Shown piece by piece: positions 29,301 through 41,800 of a stretch of 64,000 nt of DNA (positions are counted from its first letter, which is position 1; each line of letters starts with the position of its first letter). The notes under the pieces were generated by a model, which saw only the letters and a list, made by a program, of their open reading frames with translations, ran no database searches and was not told the DNA's origin. The stretch lies in contig NC_134026.1 of NCBI RefSeq assembly GCF_964204645.1, positions 4,921,950 to 4,985,949 of the forward strand, in the 5' to 3' direction. Source of the DNA: Tubulanus polymorphus. Its lineage: Eukaryota > Animalia > Nemertea. A program made the position numbers and the translations under genes.

Positions 29301-32300
29301 TCTATAGTAAGTTTGTCCTTCTGTGTCATCTTGCGCTTAGCTAAATGTCACTTGCCAATTACTGAAAATGTGAAAATCTTAAGTTACGATCGTATTGGAT
29401 TATTCTTAACCGGGTATCTGTATTGACAATTTCGGCGTGATTAAGCAGCAAGATGATAAAAAATCCTCTAAAATACAATTTTCTAATGATTTATTCGTTT
29501 CCCACATGTCTTCTCAAAAGCTTTCAACTTTTCTATCATGCCTCACACAGTGTTGTCTCAGGGCTATACCATATAGTTATTTCTATGTATTTTGTCTGCA
29601 CTCCACGCACTTTCCAGTTGCACATTGATAACAAAATACTGTCTTCTAAACCCTACCATATCTATCTTAAAATACAAACTAATCAGACCTCTTTTACCTT
29701 TAAACAACATTCCTAGCAGTTAGTTGTAAACCCCTACCTTTTAGTTCGACTTCAAGCTTATATAGAAGTTTTATTTCCACCATGAAAAAAGATTTCAGAG
29801 ACCATTTAAAGTGCACAACCGATCTTCTAGTCTTTTTTTACCTTGTGCATTACACTGCAGAGGTTGTTGTATTTGACACTGTACAGTTTGTGAATGATGT
29901 TCGTGGGCAGATCCAGATCACACAGCAGCCTATACCATTCAATGTCAAATCTTGGCCTTTACATTTATATGCACAGGTGAATCCAGTGGGTGATAGCTTT
30001 CTGTTTTGCCCTCAAAGCTGGATTTTCCCCTGAACTGAACCACATTATACAGTTTCCATTGGCCATTCATTCTACAAAATTGATGGTCGCATAGGCTGGG
30101 TCTACCCATTGTGTGATAAAGATGTGCTTATCATTAAAAACCATTTCAACATCCAAATTTAGGCTATGCATGTATTTTTGCAGAATGTCTAAAGCAAAGG
30201 TTTATGTTATTGCTTAAGGAGTTGATCTGGGAAGGGACAAATTTGATAAGAAACATGACATAAAACTTCTAAAGTCACTTTGATTTTACTTAACACTTGT
30301 GAAGTATGTTTAGTATATTTCTACATATATTTTCGAATTAAGCGTAGTGCATACTAGATAGATCTTTCACACTTCTAATCAAAAACTGAGGGCATCACAA
30401 GAAAGCTAATTTTCTAAAATACTATTTTAGTCATTTGTCATGGTCTATCCGAAAAGTTTATAGAGTTTAGTCTCTCAAAAACTGTTATCAATTCTGAGAT
30501 TTTGTTAGCTACATCAAGTTGAAGAAGTTGTCATTGAATGGGATTTAGTATTTATTGTCTGGTGAAAATGTAGCTGAATAATGGTTGTAATCATTGTTTA
30601 TTGATAAGTTCTCCTTCATTCCAGCAGGTCCGAGCATTCCGCAGCCACAAATTTTGGACAGAGAGAATGGTCGAATAAAAATGAGCTTGAGTCCGTCGAC
30701 GATGGATGCCAACAACGTCGAATATTACCTACTGATCGTTGTGCCCAGTAATCTGGCTACTGGTGAACTCGCATCACCAGACGCATTCAGTACAGAAATG
30801 GTGAGGATCACTGAAATTATTGCTATGTATTCTATGAAATTTAGTTTAGAATCAAATAATGATTTTCTCTCACTTTACGGTACGAGTATTTCCTTAATCA
30901 AATTTACACTGATAAACCTTGCAATTATCTGTAGCTGAGATTTACATTCAACTCAGTTTGTTTATTCACAGTCATCTTAGGGGGTCTAATCTTATACGTA
31001 AGAGTCATTCTTGGTTTAATCACCTGAAGATTCTTTAAATGTTGGGTCATATTTAGCTCACCCGCTCTTATAGAAATATAACCCTAGTTAAGGCTTGACC
31101 CCTAGAGTAAGATTTACTGGATTTCCATTAATTTGACACTATAGAATCACGGAACTGGCTCATCAATATCTTATTGGTGTAAGTCTCACTTTTTCCATCC
31201 AACACATTTTACTCTAATCGTAGTTGACTCCGGAAACTCAAGGAGCTTGGTACGTCGCAGCAAAATTCGACTACAACAGATTACCGAGTACATTCCTGCT
31301 AGGCGACAACAACAACTACGGCGGATTCCTTAATAAGCAGCTTGATCGAAACGATGACTACAAAGTTTTCCTACGAGCTTATCTGCGCATAGCCGTAAGT
31401 GAATTAATACAATTGAAATTGATTATCGACGCCCTAGTACACACGTATTAAATACATCAAAATTGATTAGCTCGGGCGACGTTAGATAAAGACGGATCAA
31501 TCGTCATCGCGTACATCCTCAAAGCTATAATTTCGAAATCCTAACGCTGGTAAGCGCGAACGATCTATTGTAACGCTGCGACATTGCTTTACAGGGTGAT
31601 CGGCATACGTCGAGTCCTTACTCGCAGACTTTATACAGCAACGTGAGGACAGTCGTCGACCCGAGTACGATGAACAGTAACATTTTACTCATCGTCGGAC
31701 CGATCTGCGGAGGAATCGTTTTACTCGTCTTGGCCGCTATTCTGATACTTTACTTCTGCAGGTAAAAAACTTGACGAATAGTCGAAATTTTGTCTCAAAC
31801 TTAAACACTTCCATCATCTATGTCACAGTTGAATGTTAAGCCGTATTTTTGGAGTTGCCAGTCATTGAGATATTTATAGTTTCGGAACCGAAAGTTGAAT
31901 GATAGTAAAAAACAACTATCAAAAGCTTAATGATGAATAAATGATTCTATTTACATGATTCGCGTTTCAGTCAATTTCGACTTTGAAGAGATTGAGACGA
32001 CGTGAAATATGTAAATAAAATTATCATCATGAAGATTTTGATAGTTGTTTTTTACTATCATTTTCGCTATCAGTTGCTAATTGTCATTTTGACCTTACAT
32101 TCGGTGTCAAGTTCCTGGCAACTCTTTTTACCTTTTACCGAATTTTGAATGGAACTCCTGAATGATCCTTTCTTTATACATGTACCATATACCATTCCCA
32201 TTTTCACCATCCTGTCCTAGAATATTACTATTTTGTCTTTAGACTTGATGTTAAACCAAAAAGGTCTATTTTTTTCGAAATTTTGCTTCCATCGTATTTT

Positions 32301-35300
32301 CGTACATTTTACTACTAATGAATGTTTAGACATTGCATGTGAAAATATTGCCATCAGTTACGAAGATTCATAAAAATGAGCCAATGTAAAGGCTTGGCGT
32401 TAACTACATAGTAGGTAAAATCCTCACAGAGTTGACCCGCTGCAAATTTACAGGTTTCAAATTTCAGGAACTGTAAGAATGGTGGCTACTTAAATGTTCC
32501 GCCTTGTATACAAGACCTAAGCAATGAACAGGGGTTCTTTTCCAGGCAAGACAAAACCTATATAATACAGTAGAAATGTATTTCTGTTTAATGACATTTG
32601 TGTGTTCTCCATGTATGTCATTGCTTGGGTGAATTTGTTGTACAGCAGCAGGGCTAGATCCAGTAGTTACATAGATGCATAGATCCCTTCATCATCTAAC
32701 TGCAATTAGTACAAGTCTTGTGAAAGGCTATTTTAAATTTTCCATTTTCTGGCATTCAGTATGGACTCAAGAAAGTTCCATCGACTAAAACTATATAAAT
32801 CACTCTGGATTCCTGTGCTGTTGAATGTTCACGAATATACCTGTCATTAGCACGATTGCTGTTCCAATTGCAGTGACTATCATCACAAAATATCGTTCAC
32901 ATCCGCAGGTCATCCACAACCTCATACAGTATATCATACTTGGTAGTTAACCATCCCGCTAGTTTGAAGCCAGAGAATGTTGTACAGATATATCTATATA
33001 AAGTGTAGTTTGTTACCACCAGTATTGTTTTCTAGTCTCAGAGCGTTTCTGAACTTTCAAAACTAGACTCCAATAATCATTTGTTGGAATACTCGTATGT
33101 ACAGATCTAAGAAACATACCTTCACCTCTGTGAAAACACTTGATTTACAAAATGCCTTGTAGACATTAGAATGTGTACAAAAAATGATCATGCTTTGTTT
33201 CATGAAGGTCTCACAGTTTAAATTGTTCTTTTTGTAGATTCCGTCGGCCACATCGCAAATTACCTCCTCCCGAGCCTACTAAAGTGATGGTCGATGTTCC
33301 ATCCCACCCTACAGATCCTGTAGAAATGAGGCGACTGAATTTCCAAACCCCAGGTAAATCATTTACACGATGGCCTCTGAAATATCTCATTTTGTCGCTA
33401 TATCGATAATGAAAATGCTTTAAAAAATATACCAGTTATGTTCATACGAAGTGGTTTCCAACATTCAAATATGTGATGTTTAAATTTCACGTATCCTTCA
33501 GCTATGATGAGCCACCCTCCGATATCTATTTCCGACCTGTCTGAGCATATCGATCGTCTGAAAGCCAACGACAATTTGAAATTCTCTCAAGAATACGAGT
33601 CCATCGAGCCCGGCCAGCAGTTCACGTGGGACAATTCGAACATGGAAGTCAACAAACCGAAAAATCGTTACGCAAATGTTATCGCATACGACCACTCTCG
33701 AGTTGGGTTGCAGGTTATCGATGGTATGCCTGGTAGTGACTACATCAATGCCAACTTCATGGATGGTTACCGAAAACATAATGCCTATGTAGCAACACAG
33801 GTAATTCAAACTATTCAGTTACATGTATTCGTCTAGAGTTGCCTTCTTTCCCTAATTTTCTGAACGGTGCCTAGAATAGTTATTTTGTCCCTAATTACAA
33901 ACCACGGTTCATCATATTGAGCATGAATTAAATGTAAATCATTGACATTTTTAGGGCCCACTTCCGGAAACATTCAGCGACTTCTGGAGAATGATCTGGG
34001 AACAACGAAGTGCCACGATTGTAATGATGACCAAATTGGAGGAAAGAACTAGGGTAAGTGTGCTATTTCGTGTGTAAAACTGTGTTGGTTTATGTCGGTC
34101 ACACATGAGTGTTTGCCACTCCCTGTATTGCTACCATTCTGTTTACTCTGTGACCTGTAAGTTCTTTCGCGTACCTTTTGCGGTGAATCTTGAATTCGTT
34201 ACAAAAGGCTACATTAAATGGAGTCTAAATGACCGTCTTTTAGTATCCATTTGTGGGCATCATATTTGATAGGCTGGGTTCACATTTTGGATTCGGCAAG
34301 TTTCTGATCATCTCTTTTATGACCTTTAGTCGTATGTGAAGTTTCACAAGTGGGGATAGGACAACAAAAGTTCAACCTGGTCACATACATGCCAGGTTTC
34401 AAATCATAATTCTAGCTTGTGGAAGTTTTGATATTTTCCTGTTTGTGGTTTAATGTATGCTCGAAATTTCAGTGTTTGAGATGAGTATATTGAAAACATT
34501 ATTCCTCCTTTCAAAATATTGTCTCTTGTAATCCTCTGCATGAATGCTAGTCTATACATATCCTTCGATATCGAACTCATGAGAAAAAATAAGGAGTCAT
34601 ACTTCGGCCGATAATCCTCCAGAATATTCCCCTACCTGCTAAATACCCCCCATCAATCGAGTCAAAATCTCTCCTGTCGATATTCTCATGAAGGGGCTTT
34701 AAAAAACGAAGTAAAAGAAACACTGAAAAATCAGGTACCAAACATGGCATAAAATCAGGCGACTATTTATATTTGTAGCGTCTGCAACATGTAGGTAAAA
34801 TGGTAAGTAAGGATTATCCGGATTCAGACGCCTTTGTTATATGTTCTTTTTTATGATTTATTTACCGCATGAGTGTTTCATATCTCTATTGATGATGAAG
34901 TACCTGATCATACCTGATTTCGTTCCCGAACATTGAAAAACTACGAACTAGGAAAAATTCTTCGCAGCCATGAAACCATTTTCAGATCGATGGATGAGTC
35001 ATGTTTTTGATGAGTCACATTTTTTTGTGAATAAATGGATCACTCCAACATAAAATAGATTGATTTTAGAGCAATATTTCAATCTATGAACTAAATATAT
35101 TGGGCACATTTTGTAAGTTTAATGTATTTTGAGGTAACCCATAGAATTTAGCTTCCATTACGATGTACATGTATATTATTTATACCGATATATGTATATA
35201 TTACTGTACGTAAATATCTTTTAAATATGATATATATATATACATGTATATATAAACAACCGTCTGTAGTCCTTGTCCTATGTCAAGGTCTGTAACACTA

Positions 35301-38300
35301 TCAAACACTTCCATCATGTGATGTTGTATTATATCGATTTCGATGCCTTACGTACCTCACGTCTTGAATAAAGCACTCATTCAGATGATAGTTCTTTAAT
35401 CATCGATGTTGTCAGTGACCTGCTACTTACTACTAATTCTACTTCCGCTATCCGAAAACGGCTGTATTATCTCGGTAAGGGTGGTCGGGTTGGGGGACCG
35501 GTTGTTTTTTTTTGTGACACAGTTACAAAGAACTTGACAGCAATTTTGAACTTGACAAAGTCTTCTTAATATTCATAGTTTTCGTGGCTATATAAAGCCA
35601 CAGTATCGGTTGTTTATGAAATCACTATCACTGGTGTGATATATATTTCTGATATTTTCGTCATATATTTTTGAAACAGGCATCTTACAAAGTACTATGT
35701 AATTCATGTGACGTATGTGTCTTAATTTGGCAATTGTTAATGCATCTCAAAGTTTGAGGTGCTGCATGGTTTTTTCGATGTCAGACCCTTTCTTTATCTC
35801 TATCTCTCAGCTTGAAGGTCACATACTTAAGATGTGTATATATAAAAGGCCAAATTTGGCTCTCTATAACTGGTAGTTATGAATAAGGAAAACATATAAT
35901 TCATTATCAATTGTTTATCTTAAACGAGAATTTCAAATCCATTCTATTCAATGCACCTTTCATGTTTCTTCTTAAAAAAATCTTCCAGCACAAGCACATT
36001 TTGATAAAATCTCTAAATCATTTGTTTTTAATAATACTGCACTATCAATTTAGTCGATTTTTTCTTTGTTGAAATCGAAAAGATCAGCTACACGAAATAT
36101 AATCGATCAATTGGAACTTTTCTGAAAGATGTTTTTTGGCTTTGCATATTATACCCGGTATTTTTTAACATGTTGGACTCATTTCAATTACAACGCGCTG
36201 AATCCGGTAGTTTTAGTTTGATGCCTGTTTTTGTAGAAAAATGGGTTCTACCATATTTATGAGTCGGGATATGAAATTTACTCGTGGGTCTGAGTGGTAA
36301 CAACAGTATGTTCGTTACTTCCATAACTGATGATATATATTGCAGCAGCGTCCGGTTCTTTTTGATGAACTTTCACGATGATATTTCATTGATTGTGACA
36401 AAAACTTTGTGTCTTTTAGATTAAGTGTGACCAGTATTGGCCAGGTCGTGGTACGGATATCTACGGTTTAATTCATGTGACGTTACTAGACGTGATGGAC
36501 TTATCTACATATACAATCAGAACCTTCCAAATACAAAGAGTAAGTGAAAATTTATGGTTTTAAGCCAACGTCAATGTCGACTTACCGAATGCATTTATGA
36601 GAAGCATCGTAAAGAAGCCGCGTTAACCTGGTGTAGAATAAGTAAAATTCACATTGAACATTTCACTCATTCACTTGATGAAGCTACTATGATACATAAG
36701 TAGCGAAAGCTCGTACTTTTAGAGAGGTGTTCTTCATTTCATTTTTTGTGTATTTAGCATGGCTTCCCAGAGAAACGCGAAGTACGACAGTTTCAATTCA
36801 CAGCTTGGCCTGATCACGGAGTACCTGATCATCCGACACCGTTGTTATTGTTCATGAGACGTGTGAAGTCTTTGAATCCACCCGATGCCGGTCCGATGGT
36901 TGTCCACTGCAGGTAAGAAATGGAGCCGACTTTGGTGTAGAGTACCATGTAGAGTATCTAAAATTGCCCCGCTGATAGCAGAAAAGACAAGTCAACCTGA
37001 AAGGCATTGAAAACTTGGAATCTTGGGATGATAGTTATTTGAAATCTCCTAAAGAATGCCTAGCTGGATGAATTCATTTCTTTAACTTTCTAGCGCGGGT
37101 GTTGGTCGAACTGGTGCTTTCATTGTGATCGATTCCATGCTGGAACGTATAAAACACGAAAAAACCGTGGACATCTACGGACACGTGACGTGTTTACGAG
37201 CCCAACGTAACTACATGGTCCAGACGGAGGATCAGTACATATTCATTCACGATGCGCTATTAGAAGCAGTGCAGTCGGGTAATACTGAGGTTCCGGCTAG
37301 GAATCTATTCGCCCATATACAGAAACTTACACAGCCTGATGCTGGTGAAACGGTAGCCGGTATGGAGCTAGAATTTAAGGTAACAGCATTGTGAAAATGT
37401 TTCATATTCTGAAAGACTAAGTAAGGTCGCGTTGGAAACTTGTGAAAATTTTTGATTGATTTATTTTCATTCGGTCATCGTTTTGCAGAGATTGGCTAGT
37501 ATGAAGGCAAACCCGACACGATTTGTAAGCGCTAATCTTACCGTGAATAAGTTCAAGAACAGATTAGTGAATATTTTACCCTGTAAGTATTGCCCCTTGT
37601 GACACAAATGTTAAAACGCCGTATGATCGTAGATTTTTCGCATTTTTATTATCTCTTCATTACAGACGAATCAACGCGTGTTTGTTTACAACCAATACGT
37701 GGTGTAGATGGATCTGATTATATAAATGCTAGTTTTATAGATGTAAGTATTTCTACTCTTCTTGTATGCGATAGTTCCTTTCAATGTAATTATTTACGTA
37801 TCTCATCTACCCATATTACCTTTCTTTGCAATCAACTGTATTCGTATTACTGTCAGAATTTTGATCGTAAGAAGAAATTTTGATTTCTGGTCAGTTGCTG
37901 GATATGAGCTAGCGTGTTGAATATTTGCCTTCATCAAAGATCTAATAAGATGAATTTCCATTTACTTACACAGGGTTATAGATATAGAAAAGCGTACATA
38001 GGCACTCAAGGTCCACTGGCAGAAACTACTGAAGACTTCTGGCGCATGTTGTGGGAACATAATTCCACGATTGTTGTCATGCTAACTAAACTAAGAGAAA
38101 TGGGCAGAGAGAAATGCCATCAGTACTGGCCCAGTGAGCGATCCGCAAGATATCAGTACTTTGTCGTAGATCCTATGGCTGAATACAATATGCCACAGTA
38201 CATACTGCGAGAATTCAAAGTCACAGATGCCCGGGTACGTTATCAAAGCTACTTCGTTATGTTAAAGCTTTTGATGGGGCTAGGCTTAATTCATGCTGGT

Positions 38301-38874
38301 AGCCATTAAAAGTTTCTTTCCTTGAATTAAAGCAAATTGCTTCATATTGCCTCTTCATCTATCTAGGATGGTCAGTCAAGAACTGTTAGACAATTCCAAT
38401 TTACCGATTGGCCAGAGCAGGGTGTACCAAAATCCGGCGAAGGATTTATTGATTTCATTGGTCAAGTCCACAAAACTAAAGAACAATTTGGCCAAGATGG
38501 ACCAATTTCAGTTCACTGCAGGTAATTCATCTCTGCATACTGTTCTTTAGATTATACGAGATTAGATTTGATAGGTATTCGATTTCAATTTTAGTGCTGG
38601 AGTTGGGCGAACGGGAGTGTTCATCACATTGAGTATAGTTCTCGAGCGTATGAGATATGAAGGCGTAGTAGACATGTTCCAAACTGTCAAAATGTTGCGA
38701 ACGCAAAGACCAGCCATGGTGCAAACAGAGGTATGTCACAGAAAATAACAGTTCACTTGCATGTTGTCCTTACATCGTTACACATCTTTTTGCTTTTCAC
38801 TTCAGGACCAGTATCAGTTTTGTTATCGCGCTGCATTGGAATATTTGGGATCGTTCGATCACTATGCAAACTGA
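4733..38874 (+). CDS. Lar: LAR-family (type IIa) receptor protein tyrosine phosphatase, 5'-partial (signal peptide/Ig1-Ig2 exons upstream of window)
   Basis: GT-AG exons joined in frame: 4733-5002 (Ig3, [22 protein letters not shown]), 7156-7440 (FN1), 9954-10054+11268-11472 (FN2), 19006-19293 (FN3), 20450-20755 (FN4), 22137-22445 (FN5), 24341-24538+25122-25214 (FN6), 25662-25955 (FN7), 27137-27427 (FN8), 27764-27864+27993-28212 (FN9), 30625-30800, 31224-31394, 31595-31761 ([28 protein letters not shown]), 33238-33353 ([16 protein letters not shown]), 33502-33800 (KNRYANV), 33955-34053, 36420-36539, 36758-36912 (WPDHG, VHCS), 37094-37379 (AGVGRTG), 37489-37582, 37666-37742, 37974-38234, 38367-38521, 38595-38730, 38806-38874 ([12 protein letters not shown]). 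Sequence closely matches LAR/PTPRD/PTPRS/Dlar motifs. Confidence 0.97.
6265..6297 (+). CDS. candidate 33-nt Lar microexon, Ig3/FN1 linker
   Basis: Branch-like aactaac, acceptor ttttttgctatag, donor atg|gtgagc; phase 1-1, reads [11 protein letters not shown]. Confidence 0.6.
9283..9291 (+). CDS. candidate 9-nt Lar microexon, FN1/FN2 linker
   Basis: ttttttgttgtcgttgctgctactgccag|TGGTACCTG|gtaatt; phase 1-1; changes GEM-PPGS to GEM-LVP-APGS. Confidence 0.6.
10984..11158. mobile_element. MITE with ~40-bp imperfect TIRs (Harbinger-like)
   Basis: Left gagaccaatgcacacaacgcagggaaacatggaaacat vs reverse complement of right end gagcccaatgcacatgacgcaaggaaacgtggaaacat. Confidence 0.6.
12604..12639 (+). 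CDS. candidate 36-nt Lar microexon, FN2/FN3 linker
   Basis: tctttttacaacgtag|...ccag|gtatat; phase 1-1; [12 protein letters not shown] (Pro/Thr-rich). Confidence 0.5.
14291..14350. repeat. (ACT)n trinucleotide microsatellite
   Basis: About 20 near-perfect act/att units; explains the poly-T and poly-Y ORFs in the track. Confidence 0.95.
14701..14727 (+). CDS. candidate 27-nt Lar microexon, FN2/FN3 linker
   Basis: aatattgcag|...ggt|gtaagt; phase 1-1; VLRTVFISR. Confidence 0.45.
15384..15392 (+). CDS. candidate 9-nt Lar microexon, FN2/FN3 linker
   Basis: Long AG-free pyrimidine tract ..ttttgtttttcccctcgtaccatcatcag|CTAACCCAG|gtgagc; phase 1-1; ANP. Confidence 0.6.
18168..18194 (+). CDS. candidate 27-nt Lar microexon, FN2/FN3 linker
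   Basis: cgtttattttttgtaag|...caag|gtgatg; phase 1-1; GGMMSDQGQ. Confidence 0.35.
23310..23336 (+). CDS. candidate 27-nt Lar microexon, FN5/FN6 linker
   Basis: Long T-rich tract ..cattttctgatcag|...ctt|gtaagt; phase 1-1; VAKNTAQKS. Confidence 0.6.
24642..24926. mobile_element. piggyBac-type MITE nested in an older short inverted-repeat element (24577..24955)
   Basis: TTAA on both sides (24638-41, 24927-30); TIR ccctttcagtgc / gcacggaaaggg; outer element ends gggggctgtttcacaaaatgaattc / gaattcaactttgaaactgccccc. Confidence 0.85.
27474..27636. mobile_element. hAT-like MITE with 5-bp TSD
   Basis: Perfect 13-bp TIR cagggtggccact / agtggccaccctg flanked by direct repeat atttt. Confidence 0.8.
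28514..28549 (+). CDS. candidate 36-nt Lar microexon after FN9
   Basis: Perfect branch point TACTAAC (28494-28500), tttcttgatctag|...cag|gtgtgt; phase 1-1; [12 protein letters not shown]. Confidence 0.55.
29283..29306 (+). CDS. candidate 24-nt Lar microexon after FN9
   Basis: ctgtctttcctttgcag|...ata|gtaagt; phase 1-1; (D/N)KKSGLIY. Confidence 0.65.
34779..34802 (+). CDS. candidate 24-nt Lar microexon inside PTP D1
   Basis: tatttatatttgtag|cgtctgcaacatgtaggtaaaatg|gtaagt; phase 0-0, matching flanking exons; RLQHVGKM. Confidence 0.5.
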
Positions 38875-41800
38875 TAAAAAAATGCCATCAATTATCGCGT
38901 GCGCCTTGTGACAACTATGCAGGATGACTATAGCGTGTTGTGTGCATGGAATATTCAAACAACGGGAGCAGTATTAGTTCGAATCATCGGGGTCGTCCAA
39001 AAATCTGGATCACGTTCACGGAAAGGATTAAAAATTGCGTTCTGCGAAAGGGAAAATAATAGACTTAAAGTTTTTTTTCCCATCATCAATTCGATCGGAT
39101 TTACCTTTCTTTACCGTTCTCTATCGGCCAATCGATCGCGTCGATGGTCGAAATGTGGATACGCGCGAATATTCCAAAGCAATATCCCCGATGCGGTAGA
39201 AACTATCAAGGTACCGGTTATTGTTTGATTGGTTGGCATCGTCGCTTGCCCTGAAATTAGACTCTTAATGAATAATCAGAGTATCAATACGTCAGTGACG
39301 TTCAAAAATGAACTGTACGTGCAGACACGTTCTTGAGTATCACTGCCATCAAATGGATTATCACGCTTGAATAGTGAAATACGCAATATGTGTGTGAATC
39401 ATAGTACGTACGTGTACAGGAAGGTTGTATTTCAGAAAATGGAATTTTTAAAAACGAAACGGAAATGAGCAGACGAATGAAAACAGGTCACAATTGTACG
39501 ACACGAATTGGATGTAATGGGACAGAAGAACATTTATCGTACAAATATAAAAAAACATTACATCTGGTGCTGAACAACTTAACATCATTTTTCGTTCTCG
39601 GAATTTTAGAGTAGTCTTCAATCTCTCGTAGCGCGCGGGGGGAGATGGGTACTTTCTACGAGCGCATTGTAAGTGTGCGTCGTAATCTTATTTCAATAAC
39701 GAAAAATTATGCGCCGCATCAATATTTCCATAAGCTGTACATTGACGCTATAATAATGAATGAGTTAATCGTGTATGTCGATGTTGTTATCTATTATGAT
39801 GATGACTCGCGCATTCATATATATATATATAAATATATATAGATATATATATATATATAAATATGAATATAAGTGAATATATATATATAGATTAATTATA
39901 TTATATATGTACATGGATTATTTTTGTACAGGAAGAAAACGAGCCTACCGTTTATACGCCACCTATATGTCAACATACGTACCATATATAGATATATAAC
40001 GTATATGTATGTATGTATGTATGTATGTATGCTGCGCTTCATTGAACTGTTTCAATCTGTTATTATTGTGTTGGTGTCTCCAGTAAGTATGTAATACATG
40101 TGTATAATGCCTCGATGCATGTGTATTTGAACGGTGACCGATATAACTTGAGCATCGTACCAATCGGTTTAGCTCACTACATGTACGACGAAATGTGTTT
40201 TGACCGAGTATAGGCATGAAGGAGGTAATTCGAAAGTAGAAAAAAACATCCGAGCAAAATCAACTGTTTCATGCCTGTACATACATAGCATAAGTAGTTT
40301 GTAAATTAGCCTATTATTCATTTGATATCTGAGGTACATGGTGTCTGAGTGATATTTTTGCCATGGATACAGACAACAATTTGTATAGAACGCTTTATTT
40401 TCAACGAATATTCAAAATACGGAGCTTTTTCAACTCGCTCTGCGCCTAGATTTATTGTAAGAGATAATTGACTGCAGGTCATGTGCTACATGGCCTGAAT
40501 CCGTAGTTAGACTGCATTTACTTATGTTATGGCTACTTTATCACTGCTAGAAGATTTTATAAGAAGCTTCTTAGACGAGAGTTAAAAAATCGTAGCGAAA
40601 CTCTGAACCGGCAAATTGAATATCACTTAGGGTCCTGTGTCCTAATGATCGAGATTTCTCTATTGCGAGCACTATTTTTTCTATTTGTTCGAAGATGAAT
40701 GAGAAAGATAGCATTTATGTTTGTATGTTTCAATTATTTGAGGTTTGTTTTCGAGTCGATTTCTTTCCAATCGGTGCCGCAGTTCTTTAGAAAATAATCA
40801 AATGAATGAAATACGGTGGCCTTCATCATCGGCAAATATTACCTGGTCGTTATTAATGAACATCGTCCGTGTTGTGTGTAAATGTGTCACTTTCATACGC
40901 TTAAAATGTAATTACGAAGAACAAATATGTGTTTGAATTGAATGAGAAATAACTAACTATCGATAACGAAATTAATGGTGCATACAAACCATGCACTTAC
41001 AAGTATGATTTGAATGAACATAACATACGTGTAGAAAAATATATATATATATGAAGAACTTCATCATAACTTATCATGTATTAGTTTGAATTTTTTGTAC
41101 CGAAATCTTCCTGCAAGTGATGATGTTGTCATAGTCAACAATAACAATAATGATAATGATAATTATATTAATAAAATCGTTACTCATAGTAGATAGTACA
41201 ATTCATGTGCATGCGTGTGCCGTGGGGACGTTACACTTATCAACTGAAAAACTACACGACACAAAAATGAGACTGAAAGCATTTTACCATAACAAAAAAT
41301 GGCTATTGATAATTGTTTTGTTACGTATGTACAATTGGAAACTAAGTTTCTGCTATATTAAGATGACAATAACCGTATATGATTATTTTTGACAATCAAC
41401 TTAACGATTTGCGCATAGTTTCTACAGGTGGTATTTTCATTTGCTACAATATATATATTCCAAGTGTAGTGTGTGCCATTTTGTGGTTTGCTGCTGCTGC
41501 TACTTGTCTAGGTCATTCGAGGGCAATTTCACAATTATGTTACTAACATATGATATCTGATATATATCATCATTAGACAAAACTTGTTATTAGCGCGAAG
41601 TGATTTCTTCAGCCATTTTCATTTCGATTTCAGACAGACATCTTTGACAGTCTCATTCTTTTATTTGAAATATATACAGTATACAGGGCCTCATCATCAA
41701 ATGAGGTGCTAAAAGTAGAAATATGCCTTCTTGTCCTTTATTGAAATTTGATGAATCATTGAAAATACGTGTTATATGGTATATCCTTTTCCTTCCTCGA

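Noticed and set aside
35811-35876. Strong acceptor in the D1 intron
   Set aside because: No frame-preserving donor and no clear poly(A) signal; unresolved.
37489-38874. D2 domain with KNRL and WPE substitutions but intact HCSAG
   Set aside because: Standard for LAR-family D2 domains; not novel.
38872-38877. Possible stop-codon readthrough of Lar
   Set aside because: TGA is followed immediately by TAA.
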